DNA of 64,000 nt from a virus: IMG/VR virus record IMGVR_UViG_3300036790_000231, positions 27,256-91,255 of that record; one strand, 5' to 3'. A program made the translations under genes and the position numbers. This document shows positions 29,057 through 38,616 of this stretch, one piece after another. Within the stretch, counting starts at the first letter, position 1. Each line of letters starts with the position of its first letter. The notes beneath the pieces were generated by a model. That model worked only from the letters and a program-made list of their open reading frames with translations, was not told where the DNA came from and did no database searches.

Positions 29057-29981
29057 GTGTTAACGGATCGAATGCTCCCCAATAACCTGTATAAAGCGGC
29101 TGATTGTCAAATGGATCCTTGGTCACATATCCCCTTGGACGACTCAATCGTTTCAAATTCCCATTAGCTTCCCAGCCTTCGTCAAATTCCAATGATGAAG
29201 CGGGCATGGGAACTGCCTTGCGTTGAGGCAGTTTAAATACGAGAAATTGTAAATCACGCCAATTCTGTTCTAGCTCTTTGCATAATCTATCTCTTAATTT
29301 TTCCAGTGCTGTAATTGCTTCTGGATATGAAGTAATCTCCGTAGGGGATTGAGCAGTTTTCGTTCTTGCTTGTCTGGCCCAATAATCAATCCCTGGACTA
29401 CAAAGCTCAAATGCCAATCTCTTAGAAAAATAGTCCAACTGAACTAACGGATATACTTCTGCCTCTTCATCGGCTTCAACCGCTTTACCAAGCACCCTTT
29501 CTTGAATTAGAACGGCATATTTCTGAACTCTTCTTTCGCCAAAATTAGGATCTTTGATAAGGGCATAAAGAGTAGTTGGCATATGATCGGCTACTCCATC
29601 AACTATTGCACCTGTTTTTATCCCCAATCCAGGTCCGTGATCAGAAATTATTATAGGAAACTCTAAAGTCTCTTCATATTCCGAATCCTTAGAAATCCCC
29701 CACCATCCAAAATATTCTCCCTCAACTGCCACATCTGATTCAACAAATTGATATTTTACGTTATGCCCTTCTGCATCTTTTGGCCAAATTGATTCTCCTA
29801 ACTCACCATTTATTAATGGTACTCTAGAAGTTAATGGCCTCATAAAGAATTTAACTTCAATTCCTTCGGTATTGATTGTTTCTTGTCCTCGCAAAATCGT
29901 ATCGGTTAGGGGTGGATGGGTTACCCCTAACCGAACGATTACAGGATTATTAGAAACTTTTGTACTAATGAATGTAGTCAT
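29034..29981 (-). CDS. head-tail adaptor-like protein with an N-terminal BppU-like domain
   Basis: VKFFMR..VKYQF..SD..VEGEY.G.W..FP N-domain and helical C-domain; synteny. Confidence 0.5.
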   Translation of the reverse strand: MTTFISTKVSNNPVIVRLGVTHPPLTDTILRGQETINTEGIEVKFFMRPLTSRVPLINGELGESIWPKDAEGHNVKYQFVESDVAVEGEYFGWWGISKDSEYEETLEFPIIISDHGPGLGIKTGAIVDGVADHMPTTLYALIKDPNFGERRVQKYAVLIQERVLGKAVEADEEAEVYPLVQLDYFSKRLAFELCSPGIDYWARQARTKTAQSPTEITSYPEAITALEKLRDRLCKELEQNWRDLQFLVFKLPQRKAVPMPASSLEFDEGWEANGNLKRLSRPRGYVTKDPFDNQPLYTGYWGAFDPLTLGFYPFP

Positions 29982-29984
29982 GAA

Positions 29985-30599
29985 TTAGGCTACTACTGCT
30001 GCTTCACCTTCGGAGTTTATATCAACCTCATTGGCTATCTCTGATACTTCTGTAGCTTCTCTTTCAAATTCAATAACAGCTGGCCTTCTAGCATGATTCA
30101 TCTCATAAACTATAACTCCATTAACGCTATCATCGTCAAGGATCTCCATTTTCTCAAGTATATCTCTTACGCTCATAGCATCATATCCATTAAATGGCTC
30201 TCTCTCAGACGGAGCAACAAATTCAATTACAGTATTCCTATTCAGTCCACCACGCTCATATTGACGAACTTGCTCTACTTCATCAAATTTTAATTTCTTC
30301 ATTCTATCTATTATTTCTTTTGGATGAAGTCCTACATAATCTTCAAAGGGAGGGTCAACTGTTTGACCGTTAGGAGCAATTCTTGCCCCCTCAGCAGTGG
30401 TTGCTTCCACCCTATATTTCTTTGCCTCTCTATCAGTAAGTGGTTCAAAAGTTTGTGTGTACCAATGAATTCCAGTACTTATTTGCTTTTTTATATGGTC
30501 ACTAAGCTCCCAATCTGATACAACTTGACCGGGAAAATAATTCTGTGACTCGCCCTCAGAATCCATAGCAGTCGTTTGTTTTCTAACTAAATATGGCAT
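29985..30599 (-). CDS. head-associated protein with two short helical repeats
   Basis: PFEDY..L...EI...YE...NR..VI and PFNGYD.MSV.DI...YE..H..R..VI repeats; follows the capsid gene. Confidence 0.55.
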   Translation of the reverse strand: MPYLVRKQTTAMDSEGESQNYFPGQVVSDWELSDHIKKQISTGIHWYTQTFEPLTDREAKKYRVEATTAEGARIAPNGQTVDPPFEDYVGLHPKEIIDRMKKLKFDEVEQVRQYERGGLNRNTVIEFVAPSEREPFNGYDAMSVRDILEKMEILDDDSVNGVIVYEMNHARRPAVIEFEREATEVSEIANEVDINSEGEAAVVA

Positions 30600-30623
30600 G
30601 ATCTTTCCTTTTCCTTATATTTT

Positions 30624-31880
30624 CTAAAACGCCTTACCGAGTAAGAAGCACTGCGGCCTACGTAATCTGGGAAACCTTGAGCATCCTTGTCTAAAGTAAG
30701 TAGTCTTTGACTCGTGATCAATAATTATCTCAGATTGAGGTCCAATCTCCTTACGTAGAGAATTCCATGTATCAGATATAACTACAGGGCCATCGGCAAC
30801 ATCTGCGATATTCTCACCCTCGAACACATAATTCGTAGTCATAAGAACCTCTCCATTTTGTAAATAAGTAGTCATAGCCGACTGACCACGATTATATCCA
30901 AGTTCAGTAGCAACTTCATTTGTTTCTTCTCTATAGCCAGAATCTGTAACGATCAGCTTAGGAGGTTCGGCAGCAACCCCACCCTGAGCATCTGATGGAG
31001 TCGAGCCCCACAGCAAGCTAAGAATGTCATCTACAGTCGGGAGAAAAGCATTCCTATCTGTATTGGTTAAATAACCTCTGGCTTGATTTGAGCGCTGCAA
31101 TTTTTCATATGTATAAGAATTCATATGAATACAAGATCCATAAACCCCTGTATCATTACCAATGATTTTCTGCCACGAACGAATATCGTCAATAGGAGTC
31201 GAATTTAACCTATCTGTCCATGGGACCGCAGCAGAAGGCTTATGAGTTTCTAAATAGTTATATTTTATTTCGTATGACTGACCGCCAGCATAATTTACAA
31301 CAAGAGGATTACCCTTGAATACCTGCCAGCGCATAACTTCAGTCAATCTCTCAAAGCGAAGCTGAAGAATTTTTCCAAGAGTGGCAAGATCTACACCGGC
31401 ACGTGCTCTAATTGCTCCAACATCAGAAGTTAATCTAATATAAAGATCCTCCGAAATAGGAGACATTTCATCAAGTAACAGAAGCTCTGTGACTTCCTCT
31501 GTATAATTGATCTTTGGATTATAAATTGCAGGAGTTGCATTTGGCGCTCTAAACTGGCCGATACCAAACGGAGCAACCTCGGCAATATCCCTGCGAATTA
31601 AGCGATCCATTACTGGTTTGAGCGGAGCAATATCTGCCCCAGGCGATGGAATTGTCTCCCAGGCAGTCAGAAGAGCGCGTCTAACGATATCCGTAAGAGC
31701 GGCCTGCGGATAAAGATCAAAAACATTCAAGCCTACATCGCCAACACCAGGACTGGAGATTTCAGAACCTACACCGGCATCTCCTCCAGCAATAGGCATA
31801 TAAACATTAGCGAACCACTCTTCGATTCTCCTACTATCATCTATTCTCTTATTTTCCTTTGTCATTTTGGCTTTTGCCAT
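30624..31880 (-). CDS. major capsid protein (HK97 fold, lambda gpE-like)
   Basis: RLTEVMRWQVF.G, W...NSTPIDDI..W and MN...Y..L motifs, C-terminal FPRL..P; follows the protease and decoration genes. Confidence 0.85.
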   Translation of the reverse strand: MAKAKMTKENKRIDDSRRIEEWFANVYMPIAGGDAGVGSEISSPGVGDVGLNVFDLYPQAALTDIVRRALLTAWETIPSPGADIAPLKPVMDRLIRRDIAEVAPFGIGQFRAPNATPAIYNPKINYTEEVTELLLLDEMSPISEDLYIRLTSDVGAIRARAGVDLATLGKILQLRFERLTEVMRWQVFKGNPLVVNYAGGQSYEIKYNYLETHKPSAAVPWTDRLNSTPIDDIRSWQKIIGNDTGVYGSCIHMNSYTYEKLQRSNQARGYLTNTDRNAFLPTVDDILSLLWGSTPSDAQGGVAAEPPKLIVTDSGYREETNEVATELGYNRGQSAMTTYLQNGEVLMTTNYVFEGENIADVADGPVVISDTWNSLRKEIGPQSEIIIDHESKTTYFRQGCSRFPRLRRPQCFLLGKAF

Positions 31881-31918
31881 GACTTATTTCCCTTTCCTAT
31901 CTTGGTCAAAAGCCAATT

Positions 31919-32647
31919 TTAATAGAAATTACAATTTTTGAGGGCTTCTTCTGCTAATAAACCATATTTTGTCCACTGAGGCATTTTCGATATATCGAAA
32001 GTACAAGCATGAAAATAAAGTGGAAGAGGCTCGTCTGCAAAGAATTCATTTCCCCAGAAATCTTTATCTGGACCGTCATATACACCAATGATCTTCTCAG
32101 CAGTTTCACCAGCAGTAGTAGAGGTAGAAGTAACTTTTGGAGAAGTTCCTCCAGTAAGTCCACTTGAGTTCACTACTAATAATGGTTGAGCCTTATTACC
32201 AAGCTCGCCTTTGAATTCCACAACAGCAGCTTTTTCATTTATAGGCTTTGATTCTTCAGATGTTATAGCTATATTTTCCGAAGAAGCAATAGTGCTCATT
32301 GATACTAATGCCGTTGTTAATTCTGTAATAGTTGCATTATATTTTATTCCGCTAGACACCATTCCACCATATTCAATAGTGAAAGTTCCACCGGTTGGAG
32401 AACCTGTCTCAGTAAGAGTTTGTTTAGCATTTTTATTCGTGCCAAGCTTTTCAAATATCTTCACCTTAGTAGGATCAGATGTACTCTTGGTAAGAAAAGT
32501 TCCAATAGCTATCTCGTATCTTCCTTCTGAATTAGCCGTTAGAGTAGTTGCATCAAACCAAACTGATCTTATTGAGTCTCTTCCCGCGAAATCACGAAGA
32601 CAGGTGATCCTTCTAATTTCGCGATTACGAAAATGATTCCAAGGCAT
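31919..32647 (-). CDS. head decoration protein with an inserted surface domain
   Basis: Between scaffold and capsid genes; contains an insertion resembling the one in the tail tube protein. Confidence 0.65.
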   Translation of the reverse strand: MPWNHFRNREIRRITCLRDFAGRDSIRSVWFDATTLTANSEGRYEIAIGTFLTKSTSDPTKVKIFEKLGTNKNAKQTLTETGSPTGGTFTIEYGGMVSSGIKYNATITELTTALVSMSTIASSENIAITSEESKPINEKAAVVEFKGELGNKAQPLLVVNSSGLTGGTSPKVTSTSTTAGETAEKIIGVYDGPDKDFWGNEFFADEPLPLYFHACTFDISKMPQWTKYGLLAEEALKNCNFY

Positions 32648-32648
32648 T

Positions 32649-34916
32649 TTAGTTTCCTTTTCCGTTCTCGCTGAGCATCATTTTGATATAAGGATCATCT
32701 TTTAAGCTAGGATCGGCTTTTACCCATTCCTGAGCCATGTCAATGCCAGTTTTCTTTTTATCTGGATCGCTTGCTTTAGTCTGCAAATCTGGTCGCCCAT
32801 TTACAGGACTCTGCAATAATGATGCTTGCTCTGCAAAAGCTATTTTCTGTTTATCGTTTCTAGGAAGAGCTTTGACAATTCTTTCAACAATTTGGGTAGC
32901 TGTCTCAGGTATCGAAACAGTATGACCGTTATCAGACAATTGAAGTTTAATTGCTACATCTTCATCATCGCTAAGTAAAATGGTTTCAATCTCTTTAAGC
33001 AAACCAGGAAACTCTTTTAATCCTTCGTCAGCAAGCTCAGAAATTCTATTTTCTACACGAGCTTTTTTCTCTTTATTTTTAGTCTCAGAAAGTTCAGAAT
33101 TTATTTTCTCTATCTGAATATTCTGTTGCCTCTGAAACTCTTTAGCCTCATTAGAGAGGCCAAGAAGCTCCATTTGCTCCTCTGACATAGCAAGAAGCGT
33201 CATATTCCCTCCTTGGGGCTGATTACTTAAATGTGTTCCTCTTCTGCGCTCGCTGGCAATGATTAGAGGATCTTGTGACATACTTAATTTACTAGAAGTT
33301 TTTTTATCTTTCCCAAAACCAGGCAAAGATTCTATATCTACGCCAAGCTCTTTTGCTCTGCGCCGTATAAGAGTTTTAGCTGCTTCGTAATCTCCATGTT
33401 TAGAAGCAGCTAAAACAGCAGCGGCGTGAAGTTGTTTAACATTGTTTATAGGATATGATCCATCAGGTAATGAATTATTATTAGATTTAGCTTTATCTCT
33501 TTCTGCTTGATCTACAGAAAGATAAAGGTCAACTATAATTTTCTCTTGCTCGGATAGTCCCATCCCTTTTCCTAATTTGTCTAGTTGCTCTTTATCTTCT
33601 TTAGGATCAATTGTATCATTTACCCATCTTTTACTTACATCAATCCATTGTGAAAAAGATGATAAATGAACAACGTTTTTATCATCTACTGTATAAGGAA
33701 CCACCCAAGCATCATCATCTTGTCCAACTCCATAATTTACCTTTACTAAGGCTTTTCCATCAGTAATATCTATAACAAAATATTGTGGGTATGAATCAAA
33801 ATCAGGCTCAAAAGTATCTAATATCCTTTCAACCTGATTCTCTATATCATGATAGGAAGGTTTTTCTCCCCATTGAATATCCGCAAGAAACTCACCTTTA
33901 GAAGCAGTTTTCTCTGTTTTTGGTGGCTCTGTGATTTCTTGCGAAAGTTGTGAAATCAATTTTGGTGGATCTAGTTTATTCTCCGGAACAGTAATATCTT
34001 TTTCCGATAACATCATAGATATTATAGTTCTCTCAGAAAAATCGCTAGATTTACTTCCATAAGCAGATATTCCACCCATCCAAGGTTTATGAGTAAGCGC
34101 TGTATGATCTAAAGCCACTGGATATACTTTTCCCGTGGTAGTATTTTTATAGTCATATAAAATTCCAGAAGAACGAGAAGGAATAGTACCTCTCTGGACT
34201 TTTCCCTTAATATCTGGCTCAGTGAATTCATGAGCGGCCAGAACTACTTTCTCGCCAGGGAACTTTTTAGAATCTGCTATTACAAGCTGTTTTATATATC
34301 CTGTATTTTCTAAAAGATTATTTTCATGGCTAGTCGGAATAGTTACATACTCTATTGCATTATCATTAAAAGCATCTACAATGTCTTCCAGTCCAATAGC
34401 TTTTGTAGGATCGTTAGAATGACCAGGAACAAATATAAGAGGCTCATCTAGCTTCTCACCATTTGGACCAGGACGTGTCGCAAGCATTCCCGATCTAAGA
34501 ATAGGGGCCCAAATCAATCCATTATCATCTTCACCAAGAGTAATTGGCTCTTCAAGATTTATGTCTGAATAAATCTCAAATCCAAGATCTGTACTTTTAT
34601 CTTTTAGAAGTTTAGAAAAATCTTCGGAAAATCCTGTATTTAGATTTTTCATGAGAGTTGATTTAGCCCATACCTCACCCGCAGGGCCGCCCCAAAGGAG
34701 ATCCTCACAATCTTCTTTTGGACATTGGTCATGAGAGGCATGGAAATGAGCCATATCTGCGACATGCTCGTCAGCAAGTGGTTGACCAGAAGCAATTTTT
34801 TTGCCTATTTCCCAAGTTCTAGCAGGCATGTCGGGAGAAAAACGTCCTTCATCGCGAAGTGCTAATCCTTTTTTTGCCGCCGATTTCATCGCAGCAGTCG
34901 GCTGATTTTTTTTCAT
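32649..34916 (-). CDS. prohead protease/scaffold (Mu gpI-like) with accessory domains
   Basis: H..N..G.I, SRSSGI..Y and LDHTALTHKPW protease motifs; LPDGSYPI domain; C-terminal coiled-coil scaffold. Confidence 0.75.
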   Translation of the reverse strand: MKKNQPTAAMKSAAKKGLALRDEGRFSPDMPARTWEIGKKIASGQPLADEHVADMAHFHASHDQCPKEDCEDLLWGGPAGEVWAKSTLMKNLNTGFSEDFSKLLKDKSTDLGFEIYSDINLEEPITLGEDDNGLIWAPILRSGMLATRPGPNGEKLDEPLIFVPGHSNDPTKAIGLEDIVDAFNDNAIEYVTIPTSHENNLLENTGYIKQLVIADSKKFPGEKVVLAAHEFTEPDIKGKVQRGTIPSRSSGILYDYKNTTTGKVYPVALDHTALTHKPWMGGISAYGSKSSDFSERTIISMMLSEKDITVPENKLDPPKLISQLSQEITEPPKTEKTASKGEFLADIQWGEKPSYHDIENQVERILDTFEPDFDSYPQYFVIDITDGKALVKVNYGVGQDDDAWVVPYTVDDKNVVHLSSFSQWIDVSKRWVNDTIDPKEDKEQLDKLGKGMGLSEQEKIIVDLYLSVDQAERDKAKSNNNSLPDGSYPINNVKQLHAAAVLAASKHGDYEAAKTLIRRRAKELGVDIESLPGFGKDKKTSSKLSMSQDPLIIASERRRGTHLSNQPQGGNMTLLAMSEEQMELLGLSNEAKEFQRQQNIQIEKINSELSETKNKEKKARVENRISELADEGLKEFPGLLKEIETILLSDDEDVAIKLQLSDNGHTVSIPETATQIVERIVKALPRNDKQKIAFAEQASLLQSPVNGRPDLQTKASDPDKKKTGIDMAQEWVKADPSLKDDPYIKMMLSENGKGN

Positions 34917-36538
34917 AGAAGCACCATTTCACTTTGGGGCGGTTCATCGAGCCCGATTAAAACTCTGTATACATCGCACCTTTCAGACAGATCTTCCAGT
35001 ATCAAGGCTACATCTTCGGGCATCGCCATCTCCCCCATGTCAAGTTCTGATAAATGTCTGTGGCCGCCCCAAGGAGGAGCTGCGCCTTTATCTGCCTCTC
35101 CAATTACATATCCTGGATCTCCAACATCGGGAGTTTTTGAATGTCCGGCCTTACCACGCCAGAAAGTCGTCTGACGAATAGTGTCCTTCAAGACACCGCA
35201 GAGACCTTTTGTTTTTGGCCCAAATCTCTTAAGATTATCTTTATAACAATTATGTACCACTACTCCATTTACTACAAAGTTGTGGTTGTCTTCAACTTCA
35301 ATATCCCACACATCCTCATATTCATCTAAAACTACTACAGATAGAACTTTGTGATTATAGGTTATACCAACAGCCGGATTTCTTTCCCTATAAGCTCTCT
35401 TCGAGTATAAATCTCTACATTTTTTGGTGCAATGAACATGATTCCTGTATTGAACCGTAAATTCATCACCGCAATTTTTACAAGAACGAACAATTATTTT
35501 ATCTTTTATTTTTTCATTAAGTTTCTTAGTACAAGAGCGACAAGTTACATCTATATCTACTTTTCTAGTTCTAACTAATTTTCCACAATTTTTACAGTTT
35601 ACTTTTTTTCTCTCGTCAGAATAACTTTCCTGCCTACATTTAGCAGAACAATAAATTTGTGTAGTACCAGTAGCTACAAAAGGATTATCACAATTAGTAC
35701 ATCTTAATTCTTTTCCTATAATTTGTTTCATATAACTAGCGGATTCTGGGCATTCGCCACAAGTAAGATGGTTTTTATATTGAGGCAAAAATATATTAGT
35801 GCAATATCTACATTTTCTAAGATCTTGTTTCTGATTTATTTTATCTCTAGCAGTTTCATGATGAATTTTCAAATGATCAGCATTATCTAAAAGGGAAAAA
35901 TTATTAGGATCATTATTAGATCTACGTTCATCCAAATGATGGATATGATTATTTTTACTTTTACTGCTAACAGAAGCCAAGCATTTATACTCAGAAGCCC
36001 ATTGTGACCTATCTGGTGATAATCTAACTAGTGGTAGATAATCTCTATAAAATGGCATTAAAGAATCGCCCGAATGTAAATCTTGAGCCTCCACATAAGT
36101 AGAATCTCTACACATAAAACGATGATCCGGTGTACATCTGATCATTTTTCCGCTATCTAAAATGACCATAACGAGCTGAGCGCTTTTTCTTATTTGTTCA
36201 CTCCATTTTACAGTTTTAAGTTCAAAAACTTGTAAATTTGTATTAAAAGACCAAACCAGATCATCTTTCTTAATCTGAGAAATTGGAATTCCATCAGGAT
36301 ATTTATCCATATCTCTAGGAGCGTCTACTGGTGTATCAGCAGTAAAGCATTCTCTCCAAGGGTGCGCTTTTCCTGCATAATGTCTCAAAAGGAATCTTAA
36401 ATATCCCATAGATCTTGGATTTGATGTTACCTTTTGATAATTAGAAAGTAAAAGATCTATTCTTCTATCTATCTCATCAAATAATATAGATTCTATTCTT
36501 TTGTCTGACGCTAATTGTATATCAGACACGAATTCCAT
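34913..36538 (-). CDS. small head-region protein interrupted by an intein
   Basis: Exteins ...HYAGKAHPWRE / CYKDNLKRFGPKTKGLCGVLK.. flank a Hint+HNH insertion. ATG at 36538 follows GAGG. Confidence 0.8.
   Translation of the reverse strand: MEFVSDIQLASDKRIESILFDEIDRRIDLLLSNYQKVTSNPRSMGYLRFLLRHYAGKAHPWRECFTADTPVDAPRDMDKYPDGIPISQIKKDDLVWSFNTNLQVFELKTVKWSEQIRKSAQLVMVILDSGKMIRCTPDHRFMCRDSTYVEAQDLHSGDSLMPFYRDYLPLVRLSPDRSQWASEYKCLASVSSKSKNNHIHHLDERRSNNDPNNFSLLDNADHLKIHHETARDKINQKQDLRKCRYCTNIFLPQYKNHLTCGECPESASYMKQIIGKELRCTNCDNPFVATGTTQIYCSAKCRQESYSDERKKVNCKNCGKLVRTRKVDIDVTCRSCTKKLNEKIKDKIIVRSCKNCGDEFTVQYRNHVHCTKKCRDLYSKRAYRERNPAVGITYNHKVLSVVVLDEYEDVWDIEVEDNHNFVVNGVVVHNCYKDNLKRFGPKTKGLCGVLKDTIRQTTFWRGKAGHSKTPDVGDPGYVIGEADKGAAPPWGGHRHLSELDMGEMAMPEDVALILEDLSERCDVYRVLIGLDEPPQSEMVLL
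35249..36349 (-). mobile_element. intein (367 aa) with an HNH endonuclease and CxxC repeats
   Basis: Block A CFTADT, block B CTPDHRF, HHLDERRSNNDPNN, and blocks F/G VWDIEVEDNHNFVVNGVVVHN followed by C+1. Confidence 0.92.
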
Positions 36539-36767
36539 CCTCAATTTCTTTCATTTCATGAGAATTCAATGCTGGAGAGAAAATATGTCCACAAAAAGAA
36601 CATTTAATAATTACATTCAATTCATCTTGGAATTCTCTTGACAAATCAAATCTATTGAATGATAAAATGTCATGTAACTGCTTATCGTGCGGACAACGCA
36701 GTTTTCCATCTTCAAACAACGACCTACTCACGCGCACGTGCTTACTAGAAGGGGCAGAAATTGGCAT
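36522..36767 (-). CDS. small zinc-ribbon protein, first gene of the virion operon
   Basis: CPH...CSFCGH. Confidence 0.6.
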   Translation of the reverse strand: MPISAPSSKHVRVSRSLFEDGKLRCPHDKQLHDILSFNRFDLSREFQDELNVIIKCSFCGHIFSPALNSHEMKEIEDGIRV

Positions 36768-36843
36768 TTAACATATTATTATATATCTACATAGAAATCT
36801 CAATGGTGGATTCCCCTTCTGAGAAAAATCTAGTGGAGCACGT

Positions 36844-36872
36844 TTGACTCTTAAAGAAATATCTGATAAAGT
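36844..36872 (+). promoter_or_regulatory. sigma70-type promoter
   Basis: TTGACT-17 bp-TAAAGT with an extended TG. Confidence 0.7.
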
Positions 36873-36945
36873 GTGATAAGTAGTTATCAATTCATCCAAA
36901 AAATTATGCCCCAAATTGGGGCATTTATTTTATTAGGGTCACGAC

Positions 36946-37374
36946 ATACGCGCGGCCAAAACTAGGATTGGAGAAGGATGTATCTTTCTTCTAGCTACAC
37001 TACTTTCTATTTCACTATTCTCTACAAATCACAATCATCATAAATCTCATCACAAAATAAAAAATAAATTTATTGTAGTTCATACTCACAAGAAAAAAAG
37101 TTCAGAATTACTTCAGCATTATGAGGTAAGCTCTACTTGTTATGATCAAGGAACAACTACTGCATCTGGTAGCCCCGTATTTTTAGGTGAGGTAGCAAAT
37201 AATTTCCTTCCTTTAGGAACCCATATTAGATTAGATCATCCCGCCTTTGGTAGGAGAGAATTTACTGTGTTAGATCATATAGGATGGGGAAGCGAATTAG
37301 ATATATATAACCCAAGCTATGATTCCTGTGTAGAATGGGGAAGACGCGAGATAGGTTTTTGGACTTTGAAGTAA
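36946..37374 (+). CDS. secreted 3D/RlpA-like (double-psi beta-barrel) cell-wall enzyme; non-canonical start, position approximate
   Basis: Frame open from 36937 to 37374 with no upstream ATG/GTG/TTG. Encodes IRAAKTRIGEGCIFLLATLLSISLF..STCY..GTTTASG..VA.NFLPLGT.I..FTVLDHIG..ELDIY..WGRR. Missed by the ORF track. Confidence 0.72.
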   Translation: MRAAKTRIGEGCIFLLATLLSISLFSTNHNHHKSHHKIKNKFIVVHTHKKKSSELLQHYEVSSTCYDQGTTTASGSPVFLGEVANNFLPLGTHIRLDHPAFGRREFTVLDHIGWGSELDIYNPSYDSCVEWGRREIGFWTLK

Positions 37375-37394
37375 GATTTATAAAAATATCAATT

Positions 37395-37421
37395 AAAAAG
37401 GGCGCTTAATGCGCCCTTTTT
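37395..37421. terminator. bidirectional intrinsic terminator
   Basis: AAAAAGGGCGC-TTAAT-GCGCCCTTTTT between convergent genes. Confidence 0.88.
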
Positions 37422-37447
37422 ATAATTACAATATGAAATCAAACATT

Positions 37448-37705
37448 TTATCCTTCTAAAAACTCTCTTGCTCTATTAACAGCATCAGAAAATTTTTGAT
37501 GCTTTACATTTAAAAATGGTTTTTCCTTTACAGGAGATCTTTTTATTGGATAATTTATATATTCTTCATAGTACCAAGGCCATGAATACGGGTTCATACG
37601 TATTCTTTTTCCACAATAGGGACAATATGGCGATTCATAACATCTACATATATGATGACATTCATACATTTGGTTCTTCTCTTTTAAGAATTTCTCCTTC
37701 TTCAT
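37448..37705 (-). CDS. small zinc-ribbon protein
   Basis: CHHIC..YCPYCG. Confidence 0.5.
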   Translation of the reverse strand: MKKEKFLKEKNQMYECHHICRCYESPYCPYCGKRIRMNPYSWPWYYEEYINYPIKRSPVKEKPFLNVKHQKFSDAVNRAREFLEG

Positions 37706-38357
37706 TAATTAATCCGCTTGAAGACAAAGAGGCATATGATTTATTATTGGAAAGAAAATTAGCGCCCATCCCTCCCGCTCTCTTCATAGCTTGCTTAGTT
37801 CCACGGGAGCTTGATTCATAAGTAAAAGTTACGCCAGTAGATTCATTGGAAAATCCATATTCACTTCCTATTTTCCAAGCATCTTGATTAGATCCAAGAT
37901 AAATAAACGACCAATCTTCTGATTCCTTTTCCTTAATCAAATTACGCAAATTCTGGGGGCTAACCTCAGTGCTTGCATTCTCTAAACCATCAGTAAATAT
38001 AACTGCTAATACCTTACCATCTGAATTAGGATCAACCTCTATTCCCTTCATACTTACTACAAACTCATTAAGTCCATCAACAACAGCATTTCTATTTCCT
38101 ATCATAGACCCTGACTCATCAACCAGACATCCAATTACTACTCTTCCCTTTTTCTTTAATGAATCGAGATGACCAATAAACTTTGCAGTTGCATCACGTA
38201 ATGGAGTTAGACCATAAGGCTCATAATCTTCTGTATTAATACCAGTAAACTTTCCTAAAGTTGTCTCCTTTATTACTCTATAAACAGGAGAATTATATCT
38301 ATCGTCAAAAGTAGATATTACAATATCAACTACAGGAATTTTTTTCTTTCTTGTCAT
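37662..38357 (-). CDS. vWA (MIDAS) domain protein with permuted segment order
   Basis: DESGSM, TPLRDA, IFTDGLENAS and WSFIYLGSNQDA. Confidence 0.85.
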   Translation of the reverse strand: MTRKKKIPVVDIVISTFDDRYNSPVYRVIKETTLGKFTGINTEDYEPYGLTPLRDATAKFIGHLDSLKKKGRVVIGCLVDESGSMIGNRNAVVDGLNEFVVSMKGIEVDPNSDGKVLAVIFTDGLENASTEVSPQNLRNLIKEKESEDWSFIYLGSNQDAWKIGSEYGFSNESTGVTFTYESSSRGTKQAMKRAGGMGANFLSNNKSYASLSSSGLINEEGEILKREEPNV

Positions 38358-38610
38358 GTTTATCCTTTAATATACTAATATTTTCTTGTTCGGGGAAAAA
38401 GGATCCAATGGGTACTTCATAAGTGGTAGCCATCGCATATAGACTGCTTATAGATGGCTCTCTCTTATTTGACTCCCAGCGATGAATAGCTGATTCAGTC
38501 ACTCCCGCGCGAGCTGCTGCCTCGCGACGGCTATATCCCCTTTCTTGACGCAATAAAACGAGAGCCTGCGCAACTACAGGACCCACATTGTACAGTGAAT
38601 TTTCACTCAT
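38326..38610 (-). CDS. XRE/Cro-C1 HTH regulator
   Basis: LRQERGYSRREAAARAGVTESAIHRWESNKREP. Confidence 0.9.
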   Translation of the reverse strand: MSENSLYNVGPVVAQALVLLRQERGYSRREAAARAGVTESAIHRWESNKREPSISSLYAMATTYEVPIGSFFPEQENISILKDKHDKKEKNSCS

Positions 38611-38616
38611 AATTAC

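Noticed and set aside
10080-35329. Many plus-strand ORFs within the virion operon
   Set aside because: They are antisense shadows of well-supported minus-strand genes, with no RBS or recognisable motifs.
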